Assembly: GCA_013265495.1 (NCBI GenBank)
Contig: MU058584.1
Location: forward strand, 2,203,599-2,267,598
DNA length: 64,000 nt
Direction: 5' to 3'
Origin: Vicugna vicugna
Lineage: Eukaryota
Shown here: positions 49,601-62,731 of the stretch, piece after piece
How the letters are laid out: every line of letters begins with the position of its first letter
Numbering within the stretch: the stretch's first letter is position 1
Program-made: the position numbers and the translations under genes
Notes under the pieces: generated by a model
The model's input: only the letters and a program-made list of their open reading frames with translations
Told to the model about the DNA's origin: nothing
Databases searched by the model: none

Positions 49601-50821
49601 CTCCCCACTGCCGCCCCCTCCCCTCCCTTCACCCTGACTACTTCATTACAATCTGCCTTCAGGCCGGAATTGCCCTGCTTAAGCCTCAAATCATTATAAT
49701 TACCATTATTAGAAATAGCTGCGGGGGAGGCATTGGAACACCAAGTAAAAATGTGTGAGCGTGTCCGCTGGCCCTGGAATCACTCCTTTGGAGCTCAGGG
49801 GACCACAAGGCATGAGGGTTCCACCAAAGCCAGCTAATGCGACGGCTGTCAGCTCCACTCACCCCACCTGTCAAGAGAGGGATGCGGTGGGGTTCATTTT
49901 TTTAATTGACACCTTCCTCTCTGGTTCCACGCTCTCTCGTCTCAACCTAATTCCTCCTTTCATCTTCCTTCTTTGAGAAGAATCCATTCCTCTGCTACCC
50001 AAATAAAGAAAAGGGAAAAAAGCCACATGAGGAACAATGACACATGCATTATGCTTCAGGAAAAAAAAAAACCAAAACATTGGTTCTAACAAAGGCACAA
50101 GCCGGGAAATGCACTGAAAGTCAGAAAAATAATTGTCAACCACGTATGAGGCCAGCTAGATGGACAGATGGAGGAGACAGGTAGGAAAAACGTAGGCAAA
50201 GCCGGAAGGGAAGAGAGAGAGAAAAACTTGCTTAAAAATCAGAGGGAGAATGCGGTAGAGAAGAGAAGGTGAAAATCCTGTGTGTTTCTTGTTGTCGCAT
50301 TTCCTTTCAGCCCCTCTTTCAGTGAAGGGTAGAGTTTGACTCTGCTGAAGGAAAGTAGAAGGGGAATGGAGCCGGGAAACAGTTGTCATGTGGGTGCCTC
50401 TGATTCTTCAGATCATAAGAAGTAGTCTCTGTAGATACTGGGGAAGCATAATGAGGTGAAATGGAATGTGGTGCTACTGACAGAGATTCAAAGAGACAAG
50501 GGAGAATGGTGTGCGCCCAAGTGGATTCTACCTGACGGTGGTACCGAAGCATCTCCCCGCCTTCACTTTCAGCAGGGAGTTTACCCTCTCTGTGTGTTCT
50601 TAGCACCCGATGGTACAGCCGGAGGAGAAAAGCTCCTTCTATGAGCCTTGGGCTGTTAAACTTTCGGGCCCCTGAGTGATCGTTTGACGTTAGATTGTCA
50701 TGAATCCCAACGTAATATGAGTAGAATTTAGAGATGGACCAGATCAGTCCCTCAAATCAAGAAAGAAATCAGGAGGAAGTTAGGGGAAATATATCAGAGT
50801 TTTTACTTTACTGTATTGCTT

Positions 50822-51450
50822 CTTTTGTTTTTAATCAACTCAAGATATAATTTACATAAATAAATGTATTTTATGCATCCAGTTTAAGGAGCTTTGACAA
50901 GTATGTGTATCTCCCCCAACCACCACCTCAATCCAGATAGAGAACATTTCAGTCACCCCTAAAAGTTCCCTCATGCGCCTTTGCAGTCAACCCCCCCAAC
51001 TACATCCCTGGCCCCCAGACACTGATACGCTTTCTGCTGCTGTGGAATTGCTTATCTGTTCTAGAATTTCATATAAATGAAATTACACAGAATGTGGTCT
51101 TTTATGTCAAATTTCTTATATATAAAATCTCAAAAATAATATTTTGCAACACATCCCCATTGATGCTTGACTCAGTAATTTGCTGCTTTTTTGTTGCTGA
51201 GTAGTATTTCATTGTGAGAAAATACTTGCCATATGTTTCCCCATTTCATCCATTGATAGACATTTGGATCATTTCCAGTTGGATTCTCATGAATAAGGTT
51301 AATTTGAACATTTATTTACAACTGTCTGCATGAAGTATATTTTGACGTCTCTTAGGTAAACACCTAGAACTCATATCCATCCCTAAGTCATATAATAACT
51401 ATGTATTTAATTGTATAAGAAACTACCACACTGTTTTTCAAAATGGTCAG
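50822..51450 (-). mobile_element. Ancient L1M (L1MB/L1ME-like) 3' fragment
   Basis: GATATAATTTACATA...GAACATTTCAGTCACCCCTAAAAGTTCCCTCATG...CTAGAATTTCATATAAATG...GCTGAGTAGTATTTCATTGT is typical antisense old-L1 3' UTR. Confidence 0.8.
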
Positions 51451-52730
51451 CCCTCTACCTCTTCTTGAGTGAGACAACACATTCTTTTCCGCAGAGGAAA
51501 CATCGGATGTGATATTACACAAAGTGATACAAATAGGCATGGCCAGTGGTTAGAGGCTTCCCATGTTCTGTAAAGATGTGTTTATTCTCAAATGAATCAT
51601 TCAAAAGTGTTCCATTTTTAAAATTAAATAACATTTGAATAAAACCTTTCCTAAAATCTACAGGTCTGAATTCCTAGTTGATCTAGTTGAATGGCCAGTG
51701 ACTTAAGGAAACATGAAAACACAGTTCTATTACTACCCAGTATGGCCCAATTTCTCACCTTTTCCCAAAAACCTTCCCTAAATAACTCCATCTTGAACTC
51801 CCTTGATTCTCATCCTTTCCACTACTATTCATGCAAATGATACCGCAGTGCCATCCAGTTTGGACAATATATATATATTTTTAACTTCTTCAGTTGTTTC
51901 TAGTTGGTGTGATGGTTGGTCTATGAGTGATACCAGTGTTGGTGTGGGTCCCTTACAGAGTAGAAGCATGTTTTCTCCTTTTCATAGTCACCATCTCATC
52001 TTACGGATGTCATGCATACTATAGGTGCTCAATAAATACTTGGATAAGTGAACCTAGTCCCCAGACACTATCGTTCAAAAAACTCACTACCACTCTGTAG
52101 TCTAAAGCCAAATATTTTAAATAACACATAAGGAGTCCCTGGTATAAATCAATCATAGACTATATTCATACTCCGTGTGATTTTTTCTTTCTTTTTTTTT
52201 TTTTGATGAGACCATCTTGCCTGTTCATGTGCCTTAAATGGGCTCCACATTCAGCTCCCTGCCTTTGAGGAAATAATCATGCAATAAAGCTCAAGAAATA
52301 CTCGGTTGTGGGTTGTATTTTCCCACCTCGGCTGCTGCTGTTTTCCTAGCGGGCTGCCTTCTGCACCGCGCTTGGTTCTTTCTCACAGCTTGTGGTGAGC
52401 GAGATTATTCCAAGATTCAATGAATACCTGCTATTGAACGGCTTCCCTAACCACCCAGACTGGTCTTTTGTTAGTGGTTATTGAGAGGATTGTCACAGCC
52501 ATTGACCTACTCAATTTTACTTCAAAAGAAATGAGCATTTTTCTTCCCCTTTCATTTCGAAAAGCAGATATGGCAATTTGCTTAAATTGCTGTCTTTAAA
52601 AGTTTAGATGATTATACTTTTTTTTTCCCCCTCTTGCCTTTTTTTTTTTCCTTCCTCATTTAAGTAGCACAGTACGGTCTCTTTTTCTGGAATTGGACAC
52701 AGTTGCTGCTGCAGCATTTATGAAGTGGCT

Positions 52731-52820
52731 GCGTGTGCGTGTGTGCGCATGTGCATGTGTGTGCGCACGTGCGTGTTGCGTGCGTGTGTGCGCATGTGCA
52801 TGTGTGCGTGTTGCGCACGT
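52731..52820. repeat. Alternating purine-pyrimidine (GT/GC/AT) complex repeat
   Basis: About 90 bp of near-continuous RY alternation, with an internal duplicated unit GTGCGTGTGTGCGCATGTGCATGTGTG. Confidence 0.9.
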
Positions 52821-53289
52821 TTCCTTACACATTAGCATTCATTTACCTGAGATCTCAAAGACAAAATAAGATTATATTGAAATATACAATCAACATTTTA
52901 TATTTTAATTCTAAAGTCCATTTTCTTTAGGCACAAATACTAGAAGTTTAGGATTAAAAAAAAAAATAATGCCCCTAATGGAAAGTCTCCATTTCTTTGT
53001 GGGAAAAGATACGGTAGCGAGTCGCCTCAGTGACTTTAGAGTATGCAGGATAGGTTATATTTTAAAGATGTTTATATCTGAGGGAGAGACCATTTGATAT
53101 AAATGTAGGGGGATGAAATAAATGGTACCAGTGAAGGGCTAGGGTTGGGGATGTAAGGAAGAACGAGATAGTGATGGAATCCTATGGCCATTTGGCAGAG
53201 GCTGTGAGAGCATCCTGTTCCTGGATCCAGTGCCATGGGACCAGTTCCCAGGGTCACAGTTATCTTACAGTGATCTGTGACCATGACAA

Positions 53290-53870
53290 CAAAACATATT
53301 GAACCACTGCTTCACGCCATATGCTGTATATGTGCTAAACCCTATGATGAAGAAGATACATATTAGACTATAGTATGTAAAGAGTTAAAAACTATGGAAA
53401 GACTCATTTCTGTCCTCGAAGAACGTAGTCTAGTGGCCATAAACTTTACTCCTGGTGGTAACCGGTTATATTACAATTAGGTGACCATGTCAGAGAGAGG
53501 ACCAGTGGATGGAGAAAACAGTCCTGTGGCCAATTTGCTGAGAAAACCCCCCTCAAAGTTCAGACCCTAGTATTAACGGTTCATGTAATATGGAGTTAAT
53601 ATGTTTCTCAGTAGCTGATATTTGTCAGTGACTATGTGAGGTGCTTGAGATACAAAGATGAATTTGTTAATTAATTCATAAAATATTGAATGCGTCTCTG
53701 TTATGTGCCAGGCATGAATAAGACATTACCTTTGCTCTCAGAGAACTCACAGTTAATATAGAAGACAGATACATAGTCAGCTCTTTTCAGTGCATCATAA
53801 TAAGTGCTTTGCAGTATAGATATGTGCAAATTTCTACGGGAAGGCAGGAAAAGGGACGCTAATTCCGCCC
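53290..53870 (-). mobile_element. Clustered L2 3' fragments
   Basis: Repeated L2-tail-like segments, e.g. TTCATAAAATATTGAATGCGTCTCTGTTATGTGCCAGGCA...TGCTCTCAGAGAACTCACAGT. Confidence 0.55.
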
Positions 53871-54672
53871 ATGGATATTGATACTTGAATTCTGTTACTA
53901 GATACAGGTTCAAGATTTTGAAACTTGGAACATTGTTAAATATGGCAGCCTAAGTAAAAATATAAAGATGGAAATCTAACAAGAACTGGTAATTTATGTA
54001 TGTGTGAGTACTGGTGTTAATAAAGGGGCTATTTTTCCTTCTTCTTTGCCACTACGTGGGATTAATAGTTTTACCTATCCTAGCTGAGGTGTATAGACGG
54101 AGTGGCACGTTTTCTAAGACATAAGCAGAAAAGTTGGCCACGGAGTCATCAGAGGTAGCTGAGGCTGATGGAGTGAAGGCAGCATCCGTGAGCCACGAGG
54201 AAGACACCTCTGGACTTAGTGGGCCAGGAAGACTTCTCAGTAAGATTTGTTACCGTGATCGAGAATTCATAGGATTCAGATGCTTTACCGTTCCAAAGAA
54301 TTCTGGATGGATTTTTAAGGTTATAAATCACCATTCCTGTTAACAAGCGGCCAGAAAGGGTCCTAGAAGTGAAATGTATTTCAGATCCCAGAGTGAAAGA
54401 ATGATATACTGGATCATAGAGTCCTCCTCTCCTGCCATTTAAACGTAGTATCTTTACAAGGAGGTAACTACAGAAATGGGCTGTGCGTCCCTGTTGGTTG
54501 CACTGGTGGGATGGTAGCCAACCTTTTCGTCTCTTTCTTTTTCACTACCCTGTTCTAATAAATGGTGAGAGCATTTTAATAAGTCCCCCGGTCATCGTCA
54601 TAGTTACGATCTCTAGATGAGGACAACTGTGTGAGGCTGGTGTCCTAGGAGGCTGGAGTCAGCACATGGGTT

Positions 54673-54695
54673 TGTGTGTGTGTGTGTGTGTGTGT
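54673..54695. repeat. (TG)n microsatellite
   Basis: Directly visible. Confidence 0.95.
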
Positions 54696-56219
54696 ATGTT
54701 TGTACTTGATTTATTAACCACCAAAGCCACGATGAAGTACTAGGGTGAAAATCACCTACGTTAACGGCAAAAAAAGGTCACCATCAATTCCAAGGGGGAC
54801 TTGTAAACCCGGAGCTAACTGCCAATGGTTTAATTCTTTTAAAATAGAAATTTCTTTAACCTTTCTAGGTGAAACTATGTCCCATCTGAAAAAAAAAATG
54901 ACAAATTTATGGACAAGAGGAAAAGCTGTGAGTTGTAGTTTTTATGTAAAAGCCAAATAAAAACGGGCCACCTTTGAAAGGCAGTCTTCCAGGGATTCTT
55001 GAAGAGAAGGGTACCCTTCCTACTCAAGGTGCAGTGAGTTCTCAAACTCCAGAAGGGGGAAACCTGCAGGTATTTTGTTCTGAGGCAAGGGGAGAAAAGC
55101 CTTCACAGCCTTCAACTACAGGGTGTCCGTATTACTGTGGACTGGAAAATCCATCATATATTCAACACCGAAGATCACAAAACTGGGTTTCCAAAACAGT
55201 GGTAGACTTATTTCAAACAGTGAATGAATGAGTGAATGAATAAATGACACATTGAGGCCAATACCTACGTTAGGACTGGTGTCTATTCCAGGAAATGGCT
55301 ATAAAAACAGTCCACTTTTTACTAACCTTGTTTAACCTCTGACTTTTAAAACATGAAACCAGAGAGCTGCAGCTTGACCCCCAGAAGACCACATGGAGAT
55401 CATTTTAACCACATTTGGGCTTTTATTTAGATATCCAGAGAATGGGACTTAACAGCCCTAGCCAGCTAGCTGCTTGAAAATGCTAGAGGCATGATTCTGA
55501 AAGTAACTGTAGATCGACTGACAGTGATGAATGTGAAATGGTGATGAGTAACTTCATAATGGAGCAGAGATGTCGCGGCTTTGCATACTAGTTACTGGAC
55601 AGACGGGGTGGCACCAGGCTTTGACTCCGGTGGTGTGATCGGCTTTCCTGCTGCAGGGCCAGTTCTGGCAAACAGCGGCGTACGAGAGGGAAGAAGATTC
55701 CTGATGGAGCAATCCAGAAAGCCTAAAGGGGGTGCTCCTGGTGGTGTGTCAGCCGCTGCATTCCTTCTGCACAAACATCCAGTCAATGGCAGCGTAATAA
55801 GATGGCCATGATAATAGGGATATTTATTGCCTTGATAGCAAAATGGATAATGGTTCTATTGATCTCTTTTGTTCATTTCCTTTCTCCACTGCAGGGTAAG
55901 AGTCTTGGTTGTCCCTGAAATGCTAAAGTTTTCCTCTCCCCCGCCCCCACTTTAATGAGGTTTTCTCATGACTCATGGATCGAACACTCCTAGCCCTTTC
56001 CATCCACTGTTTTGATCTTCTTCCTCAAATACTTACTTCCCTCTGCTGCTGTTGGAGGTGATATATGTTGAACCTGTACTTTTGCATAACCACATGTGTG
56101 GGACCCTTCAGAATTTATTAGGTACCATCTCTAAGCCTGTGCATCAACTTTCATACATGTTTCCAAAATTGATTCTAAGGAAATCCAGAATTCTGTCAGA
56201 TGGCTTACCAACACTCTAT

Positions 56220-56715
56220 CACTTAGGATTTTATTTGTCTGCTAGCAACAGTTTAAAAAAAAAATGGTGGCTTAGACAATATCGTGTGGAATAGAATTCC
56301 AAAGGTGAGTCATCAGGGAACCAGGGACCTCACTGAGGCATCGTGCTGCGTTTAACATCCGTTTTCAAGACCAGCTCATAGCTTAGCATTACTGCTGGAT
56401 TTCCCGGCCGTCACATTAACGGTCCAGGCGGGAAGGGGGAAGGAGAAGACTGAGAAGGGTGGACTTCTCATCTGAGTTGGTTCGCTTTGAGGAGACTTCT
56501 TCAAATTCCCATAGAACACGCCCACGTACATATAATCATACATGCACATGCACATATACATATCTATAAGCATCCAGAACTTAGTCCCATCACCAGTCTT
56601 AGCTTCAAGGGAGGCTGAAAATGTAATCGTTCATCTGGGTATATTCTTTAAATAAATTGGATTTCTGTTTCGAAGGAGGAAAGGTAGAATGCATATTGAC
56701 TAGATACCTGAAAGT
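56220..56715 (-). mobile_element. MaLR LTR, MLT1J-like
   Basis: CCAGAACTTAGTCCCAT...CAAGGGAGGCTGAAAATGTAAT...AATAAATTGGATTTCTGTT..AAGGAGGAAAGGTAGAATGCATATTG resembles the reverse-complement MLT1J 5' part. Confidence 0.7.
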
Positions 56716-58850
56716 CCACTGGGATCCTGTGGACACGTTTGATTATCTGGATTACTTCATTTCACATTTGTCCCGCAGCACCAGATGATACACCAGAAGG
56801 CAGGGTCACAGAGCATCAGAGAACGGTGGTGGAATTTGCCTGTGGCATACCAGAAGACACAGGCAAATCCCCATGGGTGTGATGCCAGGAAGTTGAAGTC
56901 AGAAGTTCAAAGTCATGTGCCTCCATGGCAGGTTATGTTTCCTCAGCCTAATTTTAGGCTAATCTTGTAACTTTAGAAGAATCCTTATTCTCTGTTTCAT
57001 GGTTTTTGACTCCTTTATGTTTGGATTGAGATATCAAAAAGTTCCTGCATTTACTACTGAAGAACCTCCAACCGCAACATCTTGTAGATGTCCAATGAGC
57101 GAGTAGTTATTGACCACAGCTCCTCCTATGTAAAATAGCAGTAACACTCATGGTCACTCTGACAGATCTGTAGAGCCTCTATCCAGTATCTGATGAATTC
57201 AAACCTTTCCCCTTGTCTCCTTGCAATGATCCTACAGGGCAAGAGTCTCCTCCATGGGAGAAAACCCTGATCTGTCTGGATCAGGTCTGCATCCCGAGTG
57301 GCTAGAACGGTGCGTGGTACATGTCAGTTGCCCAGTAAATAGCTTCTCCCCTTTGCCCCACAGAGGGAGAGGTGAAAGGGTTAATACACAGAAGTTACAG
57401 TCATGGACTCTTTCCTAAAGCAGCTGTTGATCAGAAAGCAGGAGATCTACAGGAATCTGCAGAGATTTTATTCAGCAGCATAGGTCATAAATTTTACATA
57501 GGTTCCCCAAATCTCAGTTGAGCTATTTGGTTAATGTCTTATCTAAGAAGACAAGGGAGTACGGGGAGGAGAAAGAGGAGGATTGGATCCTGGTTGATGA
57601 CCTGTCATCTGCAAGACCGTATTCCATGTAACATACCAGAAGTGCAAGGCAATATTTTTCTTCTCTCCACCAAAAGGACAAAGTAATATTTTTTATTGTC
57701 CACACCAGACTTGCAAGTGAACACTTGAGTTCTTATTTTAAAGATGGGGAAACTGAGTCTGAAAGGTGAAGAAAGTTGCTCAAGTTCACACACGTAGTGG
57801 ATGGTAAAGTTGATATTAAAATCCACAATTTTTTCCATTAAGGCACGTTGCTGCTCCAAGGAGAAATATCAAAGCAGGAAACTTAAACTTAACAGTGAAA
57901 AATAGAAGGAAAGCGTGGGCCACAGACTAAGCAATGGCCTGGAAATTGGGATGACTGAATTCTATCTCTCTGACTCTGCCCGGGACATTCATGATCATCA
58001 CAAGCCGCGTGTTAAAAGTGCTTTATAAAAGATTGAGCCCTCACTATACAAATGTTGTCTCATCTTAATAGTAACACTTACATCTACACCTGCATTTCTG
58101 CCCCTGCAAAACTGGGCTGGTAATGCTGTTTCTTCCCCAAAGTGTTGTCATAATGAATGTGTTGGAAGGTGCTCAGAGAACTACAAATGAGATGCCTTTT
58201 AAACGTCACTGCTTGTCAACACAGTAAATTTGTAAAGTGATTTTAGAACTTCTAATTGAGCTGCATTATCAAAATTTAAAGCACCTACAGACAGTAATAG
58301 TACCAGTAACAATCTCAATTCAATAGTGATGAGTAATAAACTTAGTCAGCCAGCCAGAGTTTCTATGCATTTTCTGCCAGAGTATTTACTCCTGCTATGG
58401 AATGTCTAATATTAAAGTCATTAGCAGAGTAGGGCCCGTCTGAGATGAGACCTTTCCAGGAACCTTCAGAAAACTCTCTTTAAGAATTCAGCTGTGTGTC
58501 TTCATAGATGCATATGTGGCCAGATGTAACTCATATCATAATCCTGAGTTTCTTTCTCCTCCAGATACGTTCACTTTCTAATCTAACCAGAGTTGACCTT
58601 ATTGAGTCATGTGTTCATGAAAGATTTTCCTCCATTGAGCTCTGTCATGCAATGGAAATATCAGAATAAACAATCACTTATTGATCTGTTGTTCCCAAAG
58701 GTCCTTGGCATTACCCAGGATAGCATATGATTGGTTTATAATAGAACAGAATAATGTGTGTGTGTATATGTCATTTTTTTGAAGCTGACTGTGATTTGCT
58801 ATATATTGTTAGAAAAAATTCTCAAGCAAAGTCTACAACTATCAGTTAAC

Positions 58851-58891
58851 ATGTATATATATATATATATTTTATATATATGTATATATAT
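58851..58891. repeat. (TA)n-rich simple repeat
   Basis: Directly visible, interrupted. Confidence 0.85.
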
Positions 58892-59594
58892 TGGGGGGGG
58901 TGCAGAGAAAGGTTTATTACAGGTCCTAGCAAGGAGAACCACTGTTTTGTGCCCAAACCATCCCCCACCCCAACCCAACCCCAACATGCATATTTTTAAG
59001 TGGCTATCCTAAGCTCTTTGCAATAAATTAAGTCTAATTTTCTTAGGGCCAAAGAAAAGCTAGGAAAGTCAGCTTTTAGGTTTCAAAAGTATTCAGAAGT
59101 ATTTTTTCCCGTGTTTGTCGTCGGTTGTATGAGGTTCGGAGCAGCCGACGTGGTAATGGAAAGCACTTCACATATAAGTCAGCATCACTTAACATGGAGT
59201 CCACAGGTAAAACTGGTGGCAAGTAGGAATATTCTTAAATGTAATTTGAGAAAGCGATGCTGAATAGTTGTCTTTTTTTCTAAGTGATTCTTGTCTAGAT
59301 TCTTACTACTTCATTTTAATAGCAAAAATTCTATGTCACTTACTTTTTCATGAATTATCTCAAATTTTTTGCAAAGAATTCCCTAGGATCCTCATGGTTC
59401 CCCGTGGGGTGGGGATGAGGTGAGGGGTGGCAGGTGAGCTGGTATAGGGTCCCACTTGTCCTCTGGAGGAGAGCCACCTTGTTCTATTTTACATACCAGG
59501 CTTCCATGTAATCCTAAAGAAAAGATCTCATGTCTCAGAAATTTCTTTTGAAAAATCACTTCCATTTTCTCCGTCAGTCTTTGAGGGGCTATTG

Positions 59595-59730
59595 TTTCCA
59601 TCGTGCAGATGAGGAACTGAGGTTTGAACAGATGAGTGAGTTTCCAGAGAGCACCTAGCTCACAAGTGGCTGAGTACCAGCTCAGATTCTGATCTCTGAC
59701 TCTAGATTTTGCTCTCTTACCACTAAATAC
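59595..59730 (-). mobile_element. MIR SINE fragment
   Basis: CAGATGAGGAACTGAGG...GCTCACAAGTGGCTGAG...TCTGACTCTAGATTTTGCTCTCTTACCACTA matches reverse-complement MIR. Confidence 0.75.
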
Positions 59731-60765
59731 TGTTGACGCTTTTATCCAGATTTAAAATACTAGCAAATTGGAGAATGATCTTGTTTCTTTTAGCAAGTCC
59801 AGGCTACGGAAAGTACTGTTTGTAACTCTTACTTCTGTGAATGTGGCATCTATAGACGCACAAACCACATACATATATATGTGGGGGTCTATGTGTGTGT
59901 ATATATATATATTTCATGTATATTTCATAGTACAAAAAGGCAGGACAAAAAGCTATTCACAAAGAGACATTTGATCATATTTATATTCTTGGCCTGTTAT
60001 GGATGGAACATGGCAGTGCGTTTTTGTATATTTTGTGATCTGCTTGCTAACTCATAGGTCAGAACAGCCATCAACTCTGTGTAACTCTAAGTAAGTAACT
60101 ATTCCTTTCTGAATGTTTAATGACGTGGGCTCCCTGGAAATGAAAGTATTTGCCAGTTTCCACATGAAGAGGGGGCAAAACAGGATTTTGTTTGCTGTCT
60201 CTTCTTGGGCCGAGGATTAGAGCAGTTGTGAAACAATTAATAATTGCGTTTTAGTGGAGAAGTTTGCTGGACCTGGGCGACGCCGACGTGTCCCAGGATG
60301 TGATCTGCAGTGCAGTGAGACCGAGGAAGCGGCTACCTTCATATTCGTGGAGGAACTGTGTCCCAGGACATGCTGGGGCCAGGCAGCCTTAAAATTTTGC
60401 TTAGACTGGAGGTTGAGAGCTCGAAGGCAAGGTTCACAAATCAGGACAGAAATGTTTCTTCCTCCATCTCCTAATATATACACAAATCGTGAGTATGGTA
60501 ATGATGCCTGTAAGCAACCTATGAGAAAGCGTCTACCTGCCATTCGAACTCCAAAATGAAGGTTAGCCAGTGTGAGCAACAGGGTGGGCACCATTCAGTC
60601 TCCTTTGATATTTTTGGTTTATCAGGAGAAGCAAAGATCCTGCCAGTGATACAAACAGATGCAAAATGGTAAAAACTAAGTGCATCCAACCTAAATCCTT
60701 TATTCAAAATACGAAATATAGAAAGATCATTTTATACCATAAATAGTTATTGAACAAGATGAAGG

Positions 60766-60767
<2 letters not shown>

Positions 60768-60799
<32 letters not shown>
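60768..60799. repeat. (GT)16 microsatellite
   Basis: Directly visible. Confidence 0.97.
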
Positions 60800-60800
<1 letters not shown>

Positions 60801-62693
60801 TTGAGATGGGAGAGAGAGCCAGTTCATTGTGGTTCCACTGACTTCCGCTGCTTCACGTTTCCTGCTGGCTTCTAGGAGCAGTCATGTGTATCAGAGGACA
60901 GGCCAAGAGATAATCAAGTGGGAAATAGGAACTCCGCATCCGGCCTCTTCAGAAAGAGGTAGCAAATCCCCCTAATCAGCTCTGATTCCTGCTGGCTTTG
61001 TTGCCTAAGGTCAGCTCAGCAGTCACTAGAAGAGGTCACGGCCGGCTCTGTGATCTCTGTCATCGGAGGTTAAATCATACGTCATTAAAAGGGTCAAGCA
61101 GAAGAGAGCAGATTCTTTCCCGGTGATTCACATATTTTGCAGAAGCGTCTGGCTTCTTGGAATTTCCAACACAAATTCCAAATCTCACAGCTTCTATGTC
61201 GCAGTCTGGCTGAATTCAGAGGAAGCTCTCCTGAGCTCTGACGAGAACGGGGATCATGGTCGTGAGGAGCGAGCCTCTGTGACCCCTGTCCTTCACTCGG
61301 ATGAGGGACAGGGTCAGCACACTGCATCAGATCTCACGTGAGGGCTGGAAGAGAGCCCCCTGACCTCCTGGGGCCTCTCAGGACAGAGTGAGTGCAGGGC
61401 AGTGGTGGGTGATGGAGAAGACAGGAAGGAATCCTTTTCTGTATCAAAGTGGATCAGAAGTATGAGGAGAACACGGAAAAGGGGAAAAAAAAATCACAAC
61501 TTTATAGGCTTGACTCTAACCTAATCTTTTCACCTTGACATTGCTGACGAGGGTGCACGCCCTCTGCAGAAACTCTTCAAGCCACCAAAAGTCAGGAAAA
61601 TCAAGCACAGCGAAAGCCCTTTAAGACGCCCTTCCTTCTCTTCATGATTATCAAGACAATATTAAAGCAGCACAGGAAATTTGGAGAAAAAAGGGGGGGG
61701 GAATATACTGATAGTCTTGTCCCTTAATTACAGCAACTCCCTGTATTTTTTAGTATCCCTCTTCAGTTCTTAATCCTTTTGCAGACTGGTAGTTAGGTAC
61801 GTAGGTGGGTAGGTAGACACAGATATAAAAATAGATTCAGTTACAGATGCAGATTAGAGAGCTGAAACTAGTGTACATGGAAGCGTCTTGCTTACTAAAT
61901 TCAGTGTGAATTGCTATGAGAATTTTCCAGGTTGCTATATATTACTTTCAAATAATTATTTTGAACAACTGCGTAATATACTTTAGATAGAGTTTTAAGG
62001 ATCATTACCTTAGAAACAGGTGAATGTAGGGATGAATAGCGTTTTTTATTATTGTCAGTCCTGAGCAGACACAGGGAGGCACTGATCTATTTTTGTTTTC
62101 TGCCTCCTTCAAATTCTGCCAAACAGTGCTTGTCAGTAAAACAAAAATGAAATGAAGTACATATTCAGATGTTTGGTTTTTAGAGATTTTCGGTAGATTT
62201 GATCCTTCACATGAACCTATTTTTATTAGCGAGGCTTGCATTCTTTGACCACACCAGAAGCTGTAAAGAAGGCTGGTGTCTAGGGGTGACTGGATGGGTG
62301 GATGTGTGAATGGATGGATGGATGGGAAAGAGGGACAGAGGGGATGAATCTGTCATTGTGCAAAGCAGAAATATCTGGTTCAGAAGAACCATGGACTAAG
62401 CAGGCCAGTACAGAAGGTCTCCCACATCTGATGGATGGTGGGTACCATCACCTGACCGATCAAGAATCAGTATAGGAATGATGGTCTGAATGAATACAAA
62501 CGTACCCAAGCCTTTTTTGTTTTACGTTTAAAGTTAAGATTTAAGCAAAAACATTCCCGATAAGAGAAAATATATATTACCTTAAAAGATACTTTAAAAA
62601 TAATTAACACTGAGTTAAAGCCAGTACAGTATTTGTACTTCTCCAAAGTTTCATTTAAAAGGTGCTTTCAAACTGGGGGCTGGTGGTGGTAGC

Positions 62694-62696
<3 letters not shown>

Positions 62697-62730
<34 letters not shown>
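62697..62730. repeat. (GT)17 microsatellite
   Basis: Directly visible. Confidence 0.97.

Positions 62731-62731
<1 letters not shown>

Noticed and set aside
54850..54875. Recursive splice site TTTCTAG|GTGAAA
   Set aside because: The regenerated donor is weak and there is no other support.
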